Shown piece by piece: positions 36,792 to 51,301 of a stretch of 64,000 nt of DNA. Source of the DNA: Azolla caroliniana. Its lineage: Eukaryota > Plantae > Polypodiophyta. The stretch lies in assembly GCA_043228905.1 (NCBI GenBank), contig JBHGNT010000021.1:9424001-9488000 (forward strand), given 5' to 3'. Both the position numbers and the translations under genes were made by a program. How positions within the stretch are numbered: the stretch's first letter is position 1; every line of letters starts with the position of its first letter. The notes below the pieces were generated by a model. That model searched no databases. It was not told the DNA's origin and worked only from the letters and a program-made list of their open reading frames with translations.

Positions 36792-39700
36792 TGTCGAATA
36801 CAAATGTATAATGGACGTATTCACACTATCCTCTTAGAGAGCCCAAGTTCGGGCTATTTCTGTAAATAACGTAAAGGGCAGTTACCCTAAGTGAGTCACT
36901 ATATAAAGTGACCTTGTAACCTTTTGTAAAGGTTGGTTGTTCATTGTTGTAACGGTTGCCCCTTTATGAATATAGATATATTCTTTGTGCCTCTCTCTCT
37001 CTCTGTGTGTACGTAATTTGTTCTTGCCTCTCTCATACGCAGGTATTTCTTCCTTACAGATTCATACTGTGTGATCTCTTCCGCACTGACAGCCTTGTTC
37101 ATTCCCTACATTTGGTATCAGAGCTTGGATGTCCTTCATCCCGCTGCCGGCCGCCATTCGAATCTTTGGATCACAACATTCTGTTTTTTTTTTTTTTTGT
37201 ACTTGAAGAAACAGAGAAGAGAGAAGAAGAAGAAAAATGAGGCTTGCATCTCATCGCGTTAGATCATCTTCACTTGGAGTAAGCCAGCCGGCTGTACTCT
37301 GTTCCTCGTGATCGTAACCGCTCAAGGTGAAATCCCCTTGTGCAACATTGACACAATCGTGCTCCACTTGGTTAAACGGCATCCGAACAGGTCACCGAAC
37401 GCTGCTCGCCGCCCGTTGTAACCACTCGGTGCAGATCGGTCTCAAGACAACAACCCCAATTCGTGCTTCATCCAGCTGATCGACATTCGGGAGGATCAAT
37501 TGGATCCGTCTCTCTCGTCGCTGCAGTCACCCGAAGCAGAATCGGTCCAGACAATCGGTTTCAATAATCGGTATTTGGCATATATATTCGGAAGCGAACC
37601 GGGCTCACTCCAACTCGGCAACATTCGGGAAGACCAGTCGGCTCTGTCCCTCAAGTTACCGGAGTCAATTCGAGGAAGTTCAACAATACATATATCCGAA
37701 ACCGAACCGACTCGGGTTCAAATCCGACTAGAACGATATCGGGTGAGCCGACCGGCTGCACTCCAACAAGGTTCATAGTCAACTCCGAACCGAGCTTCGT
37801 CAACCGAAACCAAATCTGATGGCATCAACATCCGGCTCATCGGAAATGAGTCTAAGGAGGTTCGATGGTTCGAATTTCAATTTTTGGAAGGAGCAAATGC
37901 AGGACTATCTTATAGTCAAGGGTCAGATCGATCCGATTGACAATGAAACTGCTCTAGAAATATACAAGGCAAATGAGTGGCAGAAGCTGGACAGAATCGT
38001 CTACACCACGATTCAGATGCACCTGTTGGAGTCAGTGTACTTCACAGTGCAATCGTGCACAACAGCCTTCGAACTTTGGAAGAAGTTGTCGGAAACCTAC
38101 GAAAAGAAGGTCGCCTCAACGAAGATGTATTTGATCCGGCGCCTCTACAACTTGCGGATGAAAGACTCCGATTCGGTTCAGGCACACCTTAACGAGTACG
38201 AAAGTTTGAGCTCCCAAATCTCGTCATAGGGGACGACAATCGAGGATGAGCTCAAAGCAATGATACTCATGAGCAGTCTCCCCTCCTCTTGGGAAACCTT
38301 CGTTACAACTGTGTGCGACGCTTCTACGACTGCCATCAAGTACTCCGAAGTCACAAGTGCAATCCTGACTGAAGCAGCTCAAAGAAAGTCTTTCACCAAA
38401 GACTCGGCAGAAGAAGCCTATGTAGTACAAGGTTCGACCGACCGATCGAACAACCGGGGAAGAAATTCTTCCCGACCGCCGACAAATCAGCGAAGCCGCA
38501 ACAAGTCCCGGGAAACCCGAATTTGCAACTACTGCAAGAAACCGGGACACATCAAGGCCGACTGTCGGGTACTCAAGTCAAAGACGGACAAAGCTCAGAG
38601 AGCTGATCAGAGGAGTAACCGGCATGAGGAAGTCAACTACGTCGGCTCTTCAACCGAGATATTGACGACCGACCCGAACATATTGTCCATAGAGAATCCA
38701 GTCGAATCAGAAGTTCTGCTTACGACTGAGGAATCGAGCACATGGCTTCTGGACTCGGACGTGTCGTATCACGTGACACCTCACCGATCACAGTTTCGGC
38801 AATATTCGGACCGACACTCCGACTCAGTTCGAGTCGGAAATTCGCAGCACTGTGCTATCATCGGAATCGGCACCATAGAGCTCAACCTTCCGGGTGGCTC
38901 TACACTCGTACTACACAACGTCCGACATGTTCCTGAGCTCTCACGACCCTTGATCTCCGTCGGACAACTTGATGAAACTAGCATCCGTGCTAGTTTCTCA
39001 TCAGGAGGGTGGACACTCCACAGAGGGAACCTCCTGCTTGCTAGAGGACCAAAGGTACACTCATTGTACCCTTTGTATGTCACACTCAGAGAGGGTGACT
39101 TATTTCTAGTAGATATCCCTGTGTCATCCTTATGGCATGGACGACTTGGACACCTCAGCAAGGCCGGCATCACGCACCTATCCAGAGCCGGATACATCCC
39201 GAAACTCTCCTTCTCGGACCATCAGTTTTGCGAGCATTGCCAGTATGGCAAACAGGTAGCCGCATCACACCCGACATCAGCACCAAGAGAGTCCAGCCCG
39301 CTCGATTTGGTCCACTCGGACGTCTGTGGCTCGATGCCACATCAGTCACTCGGTGGTGCCTCGTACTTCGTCAGTTTCATTGACGACTCGACTCGGAAGG
39401 TGTGGGCTTACCCCATCAGAACCAAAGATCGAGTGTTCTCGATCTTCTCAGATTGGCTCGCAATGGTCGAAAACCAGACCGGTCGGAAACTGAAGTGTCT
39501 CCGAACCGACAATGGAGGTGAGTTCAAATCTGATGAATTCGTCAAATTTTGCCGAGAACGCGGCATTAGACGTGAATATACGGCACCATATAGTCCGGAG
39601 CAGAATGGAATCGCAGAACGCATGAATCGGACAATTCAAGAACGCGTTGTATCCATGCTCTAACACTCCGGACTGTCGAATGGCTTCTGGGCAGAGGCTC

Positions 39701-41911
39701 TACTCACGGCAGTACACATAATCAATATGTCGCCAAGTAGACCTCTAGGACTTAAGATACCTCAGTAAATATGGAGCGGCAGAAAGCCGAATTATGAGAA
39801 GCTGAGGATTTTCGGTTGTGAGGCATACGCCCTCATACCGAAAGACGACCGCCGAAAACTCGAACCGAGATCATGGAAATGCGTTTTCCTCAGGTATGGA
39901 CCCGACGGCGAGATCGGATACCGACTCTGGGACCCCGAGCACAGGCAAATTGTCCGAAGTTCGGACGTCGTGTTCAACGAGTCCACTATGCACAAAACGG
40001 CCGAAAGGCCTATTGAAGTTCGAAGGGTAATATTTTCCGAAGTGCCAACCCTTCATGACGGCCCAGCACACAACACGAGACCGGTTTCACAGGTAACCGA
40101 CTTCTCTCGCACCGAATCCACAGATTCGGCACAGCCGAATGGCTTGACTTCCGACCATCCGACATCGACACCCGGTGCGACCAGTCCAGTCATACCTCGA
40201 AGATTCGAGAGACTGTCGCAACCTCCGGAGAGGTACTCTCCCGGAATTTTCTTCACCGACGCTGGCGAACTGACGTCCTACGAAGAAGCATCGGCAGCTG
40301 CCGATTCAGCCACCTGGCATCTGGCAATGGAGTCGGAAATGCATTCCATCCGCGCCAACAAGACTTGGGATCTGGTCGACTTACCGAAGAATCGACGTCC
40401 TCTTCCTTGCAAGTGGGTCTATAGAATAAAGGAGACGTCTGAATCGACCACCCCAAAGTACAAGGCTAGATTAGTTGCGAAGGGATTTCGACAAGAATAT
40501 GGCGTTGACTTCGACGAAATCTTTTCACCAGTGGTGAAAATGACAACCCTTCGTTTCATGCTCGGTGTTGTGGCTGCCGACAATTTGGGGCTGATTCAGG
40601 TAGATGTGAAAACGGCATTCCTCCACGGTGATCTAAAGGAGGAAATCTACATGGAGCAGCCGAAAGGCTTTGTGGCCACCGGTCAGGAACATCTAGTCTA
40701 CCGACTCAGGAAGAGTCTCTACGGCCTGAAACAGGCACCCCGATAGTGGTACAAGAAGTTTGACGATTTCATCCAGTCGGTCGGCTTCTCCAAGAGCGAT
40801 GAGGACCATTGCCTCTTCACCAAAACAACTCAAGACGGTTCTCCCGTCTTCCTCATCATCTACGTGGACGACATGCTACTCTCCGGTCGGCATACCGGAG
40901 AGCTCACCGAACTCGTTCGGAAACTGCGATTGAAGTTTGCCATGAAGGACCTCGGTTCGGCAAGACACATACTCGGAATGAAGATTAGTTGGAATCACGC
41001 CAAAAGACAGCTTTTTCTGTCTCAAACCGACTACATCGGACGTGTCTTGGAACGCTTCAACATGCAATCGGCCAAGTCTGCTTCAACCCCGCTCCCCATT
41101 CATCTTCGGCTTTCTCAGCAAGACTGCCTGACATCCGGTCCAGAGGTGGAAGACATGAAGTCGGTACTGTATGCACCGGCAGTAGGCTCTCTGATGTACA
41201 CGATGGTTGTGACACGGTCTGATATTTCTCACGTCGTAGGAGTCATCAGCAAATTTATGCACAATCCAGGCCGATCGCACTGGAACGCAGTCAAGCATGT
41301 GTTCAGATATTTAGCTGGCACAAAAGACCACGGCATCCTTTTCAGTCCGAACTCAACTTCAGGCGTAGCCGGTTACACCGACTCGTACTTCGCCGGCTGT
41401 GTGGACAGTCGCAAGTCAACAACCGGATATTGCTTTAAATTCGGCAATGGAGCAATCTCGTGGAAGTCGAAACTTCAGGAGTGCATAGCCACCTCAACAA
41501 CCGAAGCAGAATATGTAGCTGCCTCCGACGCAGCAAAAGAAGCTCTATGGCTCGGTCGGCTGGCGCACACGTTTCGGTAAGTCGACTCCGACTCGGCTCC
41601 AGTTGTCTACAGCGACAGTTAGAGTGTTGTTGCTTTGTCGAAAAATCTGGTTCATCACAACGCATCCAAGCATATCGAAGTTCGATATCACTTCGTTTGG
41701 GACTGCGTCATTTCCGAGAAAATCGGTTTAGAGAAGATATCCACAACCGATAATGTCGCAGATGGAATGACCAAGTGTCTTTCGGTACACCGGTTCCGGT
41801 CTCTTCGGCAACAGATGGGCGTAACAACATATCGGTCCGGTTGAAGCCGGACATAGTGCGGGACGGTTTCGGACAACATACATCGGTTCACTAACGATCG
41901 GCTTCAGCTTT
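36792..41911 (+). mobile_element. C3: Ty1/copia element (family of C4), decayed, 3' LTR deleted
   Basis: 5' LTR 36792-37110; PBS 37113-37124; gag-pol 37819-41844 collinear with C4 but with several stops; breaks ~65 nt after the stop codon. Confidence 0.92.
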
Positions 41912-44900
41912 TCGCATTCTTTACATCCATCTGATGTAAGTGCCACCCCTTTGCCGCAGCTACCCCGAGCAAAACACGGACGGTCGTCATCTTCGCGACC
42001 AGCGCAAACGTCTCATCATAGTCGATGTCGTGTTTCTGTGCGTAGCCTTTTGCTACTAATTGGGCCTTGTATTGGTTGACTGAGTCTTCGGTGTTGTACT
42101 TGACCTTGTACACCCACCTACATCCGATCAGCTTCACACCCTTCGGTGCATCAACCAGGTCCCAGGTCTCGTTTGCCGGCAATGCGTGCATTTCTTCCTC
42201 CATCGCAGCACGCCAATTCGCGTCCTTCGCCGCTTCTGCGTAGCTCTCTGGCTCACGCACTTCCGCTACAGGGGTCATGTACGCATAATGATGTGCCATG
42301 TACTCATTGTATCTGAACCGCACAACTGGGTTCTTCTGGTGGGTAGATCAGCGTAATTGGTCATTAGCCAATGTTGAGGTCTTCTCGGCTGACGCGGACT
42401 TCGCTCTTGAAGACCCATCACCGCTTCCCTCGGAGTCGGACTCGCGTCGATCCGACTCGTTCCTATCTGTGTTGTAATCCGACACCTTCTTCTTTGCGCG
42501 TAAGCAGTCTCCTCAGCTTCTTGCGTGGGAAATGCATGGCCGAGTCTCCACTACTCGCCGGCTCTTCATCGGACTGGTCAATCCGACTCAGTCGTCCATT
42601 CGTTCCGCTTAACCGAATCGAAATCGGACTCTCTTCGAGGGTCTCGATTTCAGGCTCATCCAGAGGCATCTCGGCCTCACTGACCTCATCATCAAAACTC
42701 GGATTGGAGGTGAGGTGAGGTGTCGGAGGCAAGTACCAGGACGCAGACTCATCAAACACAACGTCGCAGCTCATGCGCGCTTGTTTGGTGCGAGGGTTAT
42801 AGCACTTATAGCCCTTTTGCTCGTCCGAATAGCGACCAAGATACACTTCTCGGCTTTCACGTCCAACTTCCTCCTTTTATCCTTTGGCACATGCACATAC
42901 GCAATGCTCCCGAAAACTCGTAAGTGTCGCAGGTTCGGCTTCCTTCCGAAATATAGCTCATACGTCGACACTTTGTCTCCGATCCGGTTCTAGATGTATA
43001 CCACGGTTCGTACCGTCTCGGCCTCTTCCAGCATTGCCCGTGCCGCTTCCACGACCGACCGATTTTTCCTCTCGGCCACGCCGTTTTGCTCCGGCGTGTA
43101 CCTACAACTAAATTCGCGCCGAATTCCCATCTATTGTAGATAACCATTGAATTGACCAGAAAAGTATTCTTTTCCGCCATCCAACCGTAGGCACTTGATC
43201 TTCCTTCCTGTTTCCGTTTCCATGAACCCTTTCAAGTCCCGGAAATAGTCGAAGACTTCGCTCTTCCTCTCAATGAGGTAGATCCACGTGTGTCGCGTGT
43301 AGTCGTCGATGAAGGAGACGAAATATCGGCTCCCGCCAAGACTAACGTTTTGTGTCGGACCCCACACATCGGAGTGTATCAAGTCGAGCTTGTTCCGGCT
43401 TGGGTTACGCTCGTTGGGGAAGGGAAGTCGGTGTTGCTTCACAAGCTGGCAGGTTTCACAAATTTGTGTCTTCCGGCCACTAAATTTGGGTAATCCAAAC
43501 ACCACTTGTTTCGATTGCAGGTCTTCAAGCCGCTAGTAGTTGACGTGGCCTATCCTCTTGTGCCATAAGTTGATGTCCGACTCGACTTTTTGTCCCTTCG
43601 CGAACATTGCGGTACCACCGTCAATAGAGTCGAGGATGAACATCCTCCCATCTCTGCGCCCTTGCGCAATAACACAGCCTTCTTCCTCAATGAAGCACCC
43701 GAGGTGTGTAAACCGAACCTGCATCCCCTGGTCGACGATCTGCCCGACCGACACCAAATTCTTCGTGATGGTTGGGACCTGTAACACGTTATTAAATTTC
43801 CCTTTCTGTCCGACATGGCTCAAGGGAACTTCACCGACATTCGCAATCGGATGCGGAGTGTCATCTCCGGTTGCGACTACTCCTGGTTGTGTCGGTTCCT
43901 CAAGATATGAGAACCACTCCTTGTGGCAAGTCATGTGGTTTGACGCACCGAAATCGACGTACCACACCTCCGACTTCGGGGTGATCTTCTTCATTGAGTT
44001 TGTTTTGTGTCTCTTCACGAAGATTGACCCTTTTCCGGCTTCTCTGGATCCTTCGGCGTATTGCGATCATTGCCGATTTCCTTTGTCGATCTGTCCGGAA
44101 CCTGTTCTGAACCCGGTTCCCTCCGAATCGGCGCACTTTTTCCAGCACTCGCTCTCCTTGTGGCCTTTCTTGCCACAGTACCAGCATTTTGCGGCGGATT
44201 TCCCTTGCCGGTTCTCGCCGCCTCGACTCCCCCTATTTCCGGAGAGTCCGGAATTGCTATCGGCATCACTTCGGTGCCTTCTTCCTTGATCCCGTCGGCC
44301 ACCTCCATTACGTACCGACTCAACTCGTCCGCCACGACCACGGGGCCTATCTCCCTCCATGTACAGCATCTTGTTGTCGGCATGCATGTTTGTCGATGCA
44401 CCCGCATGGTTCTCCTCTATAAGCAGCATCGATTGTAAGTCGAAGAACGACGGCGTATTCTCCCGTGTACACACAGCAGTTCAGAACGCTCCGAACATTG
44501 ATGCCAAACCCCCGAGACAGACCTGGACCATCTCGCTTTCCTCGATGTTCACATCGATGGAAGCTAAGGAGTCGCATATGTCCTTGATCGTATAAATCGC
44601 GTTGTCGTAGGTTGCTCAACTCCTGTCGGAGCTGAAGCTTCCTAGCTGTGGTGCTCGCGGCGAAGATCTTCTTCAGATTTTCCCACGCACCCTTCGGCGT
44701 TTTTGCATCCCGAACGTAGTTTAACCATTGTTCGCCCACACAAGACGCGAAACAGTATAGCACTCTACTCGCCGATTGTTCCCACACCAAGAAGACTTTG
44801 TGTGTTGAATCAGGTGTTGTGTCATTTGCTCCATCAACATTACTCTAGTAACCGTGTCCGAGCAAGTACTGGTGCATCTTGTAGGACCAAGATGCGTAAT

Positions 44901-46707
44901 TGGTTCTGTCGAGCTAGCCATTCCTCTGTCCATCGGTTTTCTTGTTCTTCTTCGTTGGTTTCTCCTTCAAGCAAAGTCGGTTGCAGAGGTTCTCAACCCT
45001 CGTGCTCTGATACCATGTAAAAGATTATGTGCGGAAGCAATAGAAAACCAAACACACAGAAAATACGCAGGTTTAATGGAGAACTTGAGTATACACAGTA
45101 CGTGGGAGAGACAGAGAGAGAACACACAAAAACTCAATTCAAAAAATAATACTCAATCTGTACATACACCGTGCTCAGTGAGCACCTTTTATACAAGCCC
45201 CGACAATCGGGCTGACACAAGTACTGACAGTACTTGACTGCTCATAAATGAGCCTCAACACTCACTCCCAAAATTATTCCTTACGAGGAATATCTCTCTA
45301 ACGGCCTTTCGGTTTACGCACCGATACGGCCTCTCGTTACGCACCGGTTTGCGTATCCATTTTACGCACCGGTCCGGCCTAACCGATCAATCCCAACTGA
45401 TCCGGCCGATGTTGAACTTGTCTCTCAACGGGAATGTTGTGATTATGCTTTTGCTATATGCAGATGATATACTGCTTTTTGCAAATACTTTAGGAGATGC
45501 ACAAAAGCTTATGAAGGCATTGGAAAAAATTTGCATGCATACTAAACTAAGTGTCAATAGCTCTAAAAAAAAGATTGTGCTTATGAAGAGGCAAAAAAGA
45601 GATAAAGCATGCATTATGTACAACAATGAGTCACTTGAATGCGTGGAAAGCTTCAAATTTCTTGGTCTTGAAGTTCTTTTAAATCATAGATGGAATGAAT
45701 GTGCTACACGCCGCTTAGAGGCGGGTAAGTGGTCATACTATGCATTTGAGAACACATGCAATCTTGGAGATATTAAGTGTTGTGTCCTCAAGAAATATCT
45801 TTTCGACACTTTGGTGACACCGGTTCTTCTCTATGGGATGGAAGTATGGGGCGTTAGCAACCCTAAATCTATGTAGAAAGATTTTGAAAATCTCCAAAAA
45901 CATTTTCTTACAAAGTTTCTACAAGTTAAGAAACAAACGCCCTACATCCTCCTCCTTGAGATGGGATCGCGTCCCATTGAGATCATAGCCATGGAAAGGG
46001 TGGTGTTGAATACATGCTTAAGGTTCAAAAAAGTCCCTCACATCGACTTCCGAGAATTGCATGGGAAGCAAGAAAAAATATCCAAAAGTCGCATAAAAGC
46101 AAAATTGTGTTCCGGTTAGATGCAAGATATAGAAAAATGGTGTCGTAGATGGGATGTGAGACACTTGCTTCATGATGCATCACTAGATTCTTCTGTAAAT
46201 GAGGCCTTTTTGCAACGCCAATGTATCATGACATGGGACAAATGTGGAGGCTCACGCTTCACACATTATACTACACATGTTGCACCTAACTACAAAACCA
46301 TATTCTTTGTGAAACGGGGAAACCGTACACATCGATACATGTTAGAGCCCATACCGTTATCTACCATTCGAACCATTGCTTCCATACGACTTAGCTCACA
46401 TGCATTGCGATGTGAGATAGGGCATTGGGGTACAAGTGATGAGAGTGGTTGGCTATGCACACTTTCCCCTAAACAAGTTTGTGAATCTGAGATACAATGC
46501 TCTACCTTTGATCATATTCGACCATGCTTTCCACATCTCTTCGACCAAGCCCAATCCTTGCATGAATTCCTCTCACAAACACCATGTGCACTCTCGACTG
46601 CAACATTCATTCGTAAAATTCTTGAACATCGAGAGTCACTACTCACTTTCACAAGTATCACATGAAATGTAATATTTTTGGTCTCATAGGTCATATTTGA
46701 AGATAAT

Positions 46708-46760
<53 letters not shown>

Positions 46761-46764
<4 letters not shown>

Positions 46765-48976
46765 GTTCACTCCGGCCATCTTTTTGTACGTTCTATAGGT
46801 CATTGGAAAACTCTTTCAGAGAGCTTTCTAAAGAATGTTCATTTACTAAATTCCGTTACCATGGCGAGAAGTTATGAGCATTTTCATCCGCAGTCATCTT
46901 TGCCCCACGGTTCCTCAAATGCAAGGTAGATTTTGAAGCCCTAAATCGAGTGAAAGGTACATTCTTTCTCCTTCCCTCTCTGTCTCTCTCTTCCCATAGG
47001 GTTTGTCCCTACAATGGCAAATACTCGTAAAGCCGCCGCAAAGTTCAGGGGTATGATTGATAATGAGCCGAGATCACCAACAAATCTCGATTCCAATGCA
47101 ATGGACAAAATGCTTATGAGTCACTTGACTTTCCTTCAAGAAACCATAAACAAGCAAGGTGAAGATATTAGGACGTTAATTAAAGAGAATACTAAGCCCC
47201 AAAGTGTTGTCATTGAGAATGAAAGTCTTAAACAAGTGGTTGCAAAACTTCAAGAACAGATTCAAGAATGTAAAAGAGCTTCTTTCGAAACAAATGAGCG
47301 CCTTAACAAGATTGAGTTAAAGGAAGCATTAAAAGAAGAAAAATTGGACATGATGAGGCGGGATGTAAGTGAGATTAAAAATGTATGTACAACGAAGCCA
47401 TGGGCCATTGTATGTGGTGGGGATGTGCTATCAAACTCATCTAATATGCATGTGATGCATCAAGAGAAGAATATAGAAATCATAGATGTCCGAGAAGTGA
47501 AAGAACGTGAACGACGATCAAAGAACATTGTTGTCCGTGGGATTAAAGAAGAGAGTATTCCCTTGGAAAGGCCATTGGTGAATTTTTTAGCATGCATTAT
47601 GGGATGCCAGATGTGAATGTATATGGGGCACACCGAGTTGGGAAACATGGTGTTACTCGCTCCGGAGAAAGGCCTATTGTATGCACAATAACAGATGATA
47701 CAAAGTGGCGGATCATACTCGAAAATAGTTGGGTATACCTCAAAGATACGCAATGCTTTGTGAGTGAAGATTGGACTATCTCACAACAAAATGCTTGCCA
47801 TAAAGCATATGAAGAAAGATTGAAAATAAGGTTAAGGATGTGCCTAAAGATGGAAATGTAGGCAAATAGGGACACGTGATCTATGAGACTAACCCATGCC
47901 TTTTACGACTATGCTTTTGGAATTGCAATCGATACCCATGGAATGCGGGATTTGGCATAGAGGAGTTCACCGATGACTCGGATATCACACTTCTTGTTGA
48001 AACATGGGAGCATGATACTCAAAGGATTCAAGGTTTAGGAAACTATAATGTACACTCTTTGATATGGAAGAAAAATCCAAGAAAGAGAAGAGGACTAGGA
48101 GGGGTGGCATGTTTGATTAAGAAGGAAATAGAGAAATATGTGTCAATCATAAAAAATGATGAACATAAATGCTACATATGGCTCAAAATAGAAACACCTA
48201 ATGATTTTCCCACTTTTGTAGTTGGATGTTACATTCCTCATCAAGATTCTAACTTTTATGCTTGTTTGGATAAAGATCAACCGTTTGCCAATCTAGAAGA
48301 TGATATTGCTTATTTCAAATCCACAGGGGAAGTTATTGTCTTTGGTGACACGAATGCTCGCACAAGAAGTTTCCAACTTGATTCACAAGAATCTTTCATT
48401 GCACATATCTCAAGGATGCAAGAGGATATGCAAATGTATAGTACTCCTACAAATGTGCAATAGTACCAAATTGCATATTGCAAATGGTATTTCCTTATGG
48501 TCCAACACTAATGGTTTTACATGTAGAAAACACAATGGAAATAGTGTGATTGACTATGTGCTACTTTCCAAAGGTATTTTGGATCGCTCACTTGGTGAAT
48601 GGACACCGGAATCCGATCAAAGGCCTTTATGTATTAATCTCAAATGTATGCATAGGTTTGATTGTGAGAAGGCTTTTGAAGATAATAAACAACCTCACTT
48701 GAGCATGAACCTTAAGCGAGCACCCATGTATTCCAAGATGGTTGAGGATATGTTACAAATGACAAAGATACAACATGGTGCCACACTAGAATGCAAATGG
48801 CAAGCTTTCAAGAAAGTCATTCTCTCCTGTACAAACAAATGTTTTTCGACCAACCGCACATCTTGGAAATGCACCAAGAAACTTAGGAAAAAATGGTTTG
48901 ATAAAGAATATTGTGAAGCTCAAAACTGCCTTATGGTTTTGAATGTAGTTAAAGACAAAGAGAATTACCAAAAGCA
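46761..48976 (+). mobile_element. R4: 5' half of an RTE/RTEX-like LINE (5' UTR, ORF1, endonuclease); 3' half deleted
   Basis: Starts directly after (CT)n; ORF1 47014-~47870 (coiled coil + ERRSKNIVVRGIKE); ORF2 47876-48976 (FWNC, LVETW, GGVA, GDTNAR). Confidence 0.88.
47014..47616 (+). pseudogene. LINE ORF1 (frameshifted; continues in 47592-47861)
   Basis: Coiled coil followed by an RRM-like N(I)VVRG..E motif typical of LINE ORF1. Confidence 0.7.
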
Positions 48977-51179
48977 CGGGGTGGTGTGCCACATAGAAGC
49001 AGAAGAAAGACCACACGTGGACCGGTTGCTCGCCACAACCGAAGAACTAGAGAAGGCCCAGTCAAGAATCCGGCGCATGGAACACAAAATGGAAAATACC
49101 AAAGAAGATGCGGCTAAGCTAGCATCGAAGGACCAAAACAATTAGAATCGGTGGCACCGATGAGTGTTCAGAATAACAAGACCCCGGTGACTGAAACAGT
49201 CCCAGATATGAATAAGGCACAGGAACAAGAACTCGCCATGTTGAAAGAAGAATTGGAAGCCCAAGAGGCCTTAAGGGCTTAGAGAATGTGAAGGGAAGAA
49301 GGCGGCGGGGGAAGAACAAAAGAAATTAGCCGAAAGCCTCCGGCAAGCCGGAGAAAGCCTATGAAAAGGTCATCAAGCATATGACTGACTGAAGGAAGAA
49401 AAAGAAAATACCCTGCAGGAAAAGGACAAACTCCGGCACTCGGCGGAAGTAGAGATCGAGCGACTCAAGGAAGAGCTCCGACAACAAAAGGACGGGGAAC
49501 ACCGTGCTTTCCGTCTTATCAATCAAAGGCTGAAACAAAAAACAGACGACTTTGATCGGCTGCACCGGGATCACAAACACTTGGATGCGGAACACAAGAA
49601 ATTGATCACCGAAAGTGACCGGCAGCAGGAGAAGTTACGGGAACTTCGGGATGAGGTTAACCGGACAACGGCGGCCTTGGCGGAGGAACAGTCGAAGGGG
49701 GCTGAAGTAGTGAAAAGACGGGCGGAAGCGGCGAAAGAACGGATGGAGTTGACCCGGCAGCACTTTGAGACAACGGAACACGCTACAATGGCTCTAAATA
49801 AAGGTCAGACTACCTATAAGACACACCTCATGCACTACAGAAGCCAAGAAGTGGCAACCGCGAGCCTTATCAAACAATCAAAGGATGAAAAACAGGCCGC
49901 GGAGAATAAGTCGAAGATAGGACTGGGGCGAATCCGTGATCTGGTGCTGGCATGGAGAGACCGGACGAAGAGACTAGTGGAAGAAAGTTCGGTTCAATGG
50001 TGGTCTAAATGGGCTAAGCAGGCAGTAAAGTTACAATTGCTGAGAGTGGATGCAGAGAACCGGAGGAAGGACGGCGACAATTTCTATAAACTGGACGAGG
50101 AGAACATTGTAGCCATAAGGGAGGAATTGTCAGACGACTTCCTATCATTAGCCGGGGAACAATTGCCAACGGTGAGGCGATTGGTGGAAGAGCTAGACGA
50201 CGACCAGCTAGATACACAACTCCAGTTCGAGCGGTATGAACGAGAACGATGACGGCAAGAGGTGGTTAGAAGAACTGCGGCGATCAATATCAGTGACAAA
50301 GAGCAATCTTCGGAGCAGGCGCCGAATGAAGCCGGAACTGGGGAAAGCCAGTCGAACAAAACTCCAGAGGAGCAGCCGAAGGAGGAAAACCTGCACACTA
50401 GAAACCATCAACAAGAGGAGCCCAAACCAACAGAACCAAAATCGGAAGCCTCGAGGCCAGTGGAACCGGAGAGACCAAAGCAGCAGGAGCAGGAGGAGCC
50501 CAAACCAACAAAACCAGAACCAGAAGCCTTGAGACCAGTGGAACCAAAGAGACCAGAGTAGCAGCAACAGATGACGGAGCAGCTACCTGATGAACGATTA
50601 GAACCCCTCGACAGAGCATTTTGGACATTTTGGAGGAAGATTGAAGGGCGAACCATGGGATTCGACGTACAAGGTATTGTCCCACAGGCGTGCCATGTGT
50701 TGACCGGCAAAGACTTAAAAGCGGGATAAATTCCAGAATGTCAAAGGGATAATTATTTTAGAACCAGGAGTTGTTACCTATAATTATGATATATTTTGCG
50801 AAGCGAACAAACGGACCCGTAATCGGTATGCCGATCCAGATCCGGACCAGTTCGTGGCCGGTTGCCGGTTGGCACCGGTTCGTACCCTGAGCCAGTGACC
50901 TTTAAAAGGACCCGGTTAGATTGCAATCAGATAGCGGTTTATTAATGAAAGTGTTGTTGTCTACAACCTATTTAATCTTTGAAGCTTTGGCTAATTACCG
51001 TTTTGTGCTTAATAGAATCTGTCTTACGCGTGTATTACGATCCTTAACCACACCGGTTAGTAGCCTGTTAGGAATACGTTTGTATCACGGTCTATGCCTA
51101 CCCCAGTTGTAACACCCTTTGGTGAAGTGTCTTAGAGGGACACCTTGTGTTAGGGCTAATCCTGCCCCAAGGAGTAACA
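48977..51179 (+). mobile_element. G5: 3' remnant of a G4-related gypsy element (extra ORF + 3' LTR 50698-51179)
   Basis: WWSKWAKQAVKLQLLRVDAENRRKDGD; ends QSILDILEED-stop at 50644; LTR TGTTGACC...GTAACA shares blocks with the G4 LTRs. Confidence 0.85.
50655..50695 (+). other. tRNA-3'-end-like motif replacing the PPT (G5 copy)
   Basis: ATGGGATTCGA-C-GTAC-AAG-GTAT-T-GTCCCACAGGCGTGCCA-TG|LTR at 50698. Confidence 0.85.
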
Positions 51180-51301
51180 ACGAATTAATCAATTGTTGGG
51201 CTGATACTTGCGTTGCGAATGGTCACTTTGTGGACCGGTTGCAGGTGTCAAGAATAGTACTAAAAACAGAGAGGGAATTAGTGCTAGAGAAGGAAAGTAC
51301 T

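Larger units (their letters stand above)
30152..45430 (-). mobile_element. C2: Ty1/copia element related to C1, carrying nested G4 and C3
   Basis: LTRs 30152-30591 (3') and 45016-45430 (5'); TSD GGAAT; PBS 45004-45015; PPT 30592-30600; gag-PR-IN-RT 41912-44933; RNase H 36213-36790. Confidence 0.92.
23272..46760 (+). mobile_element. R3: RTE/RTEX-like LINE split into three pieces (23272-23681, 27955-30151, 45431-46760) by C1 and C2
   Basis: The pieces rejoin at TSDs TGAAG and GGAAT. ORF1 remnant, endonuclease from ATG ~28025, RT (LLYADD at ~45450), (CT)n tail 46712-46760. Confidence 0.9.
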
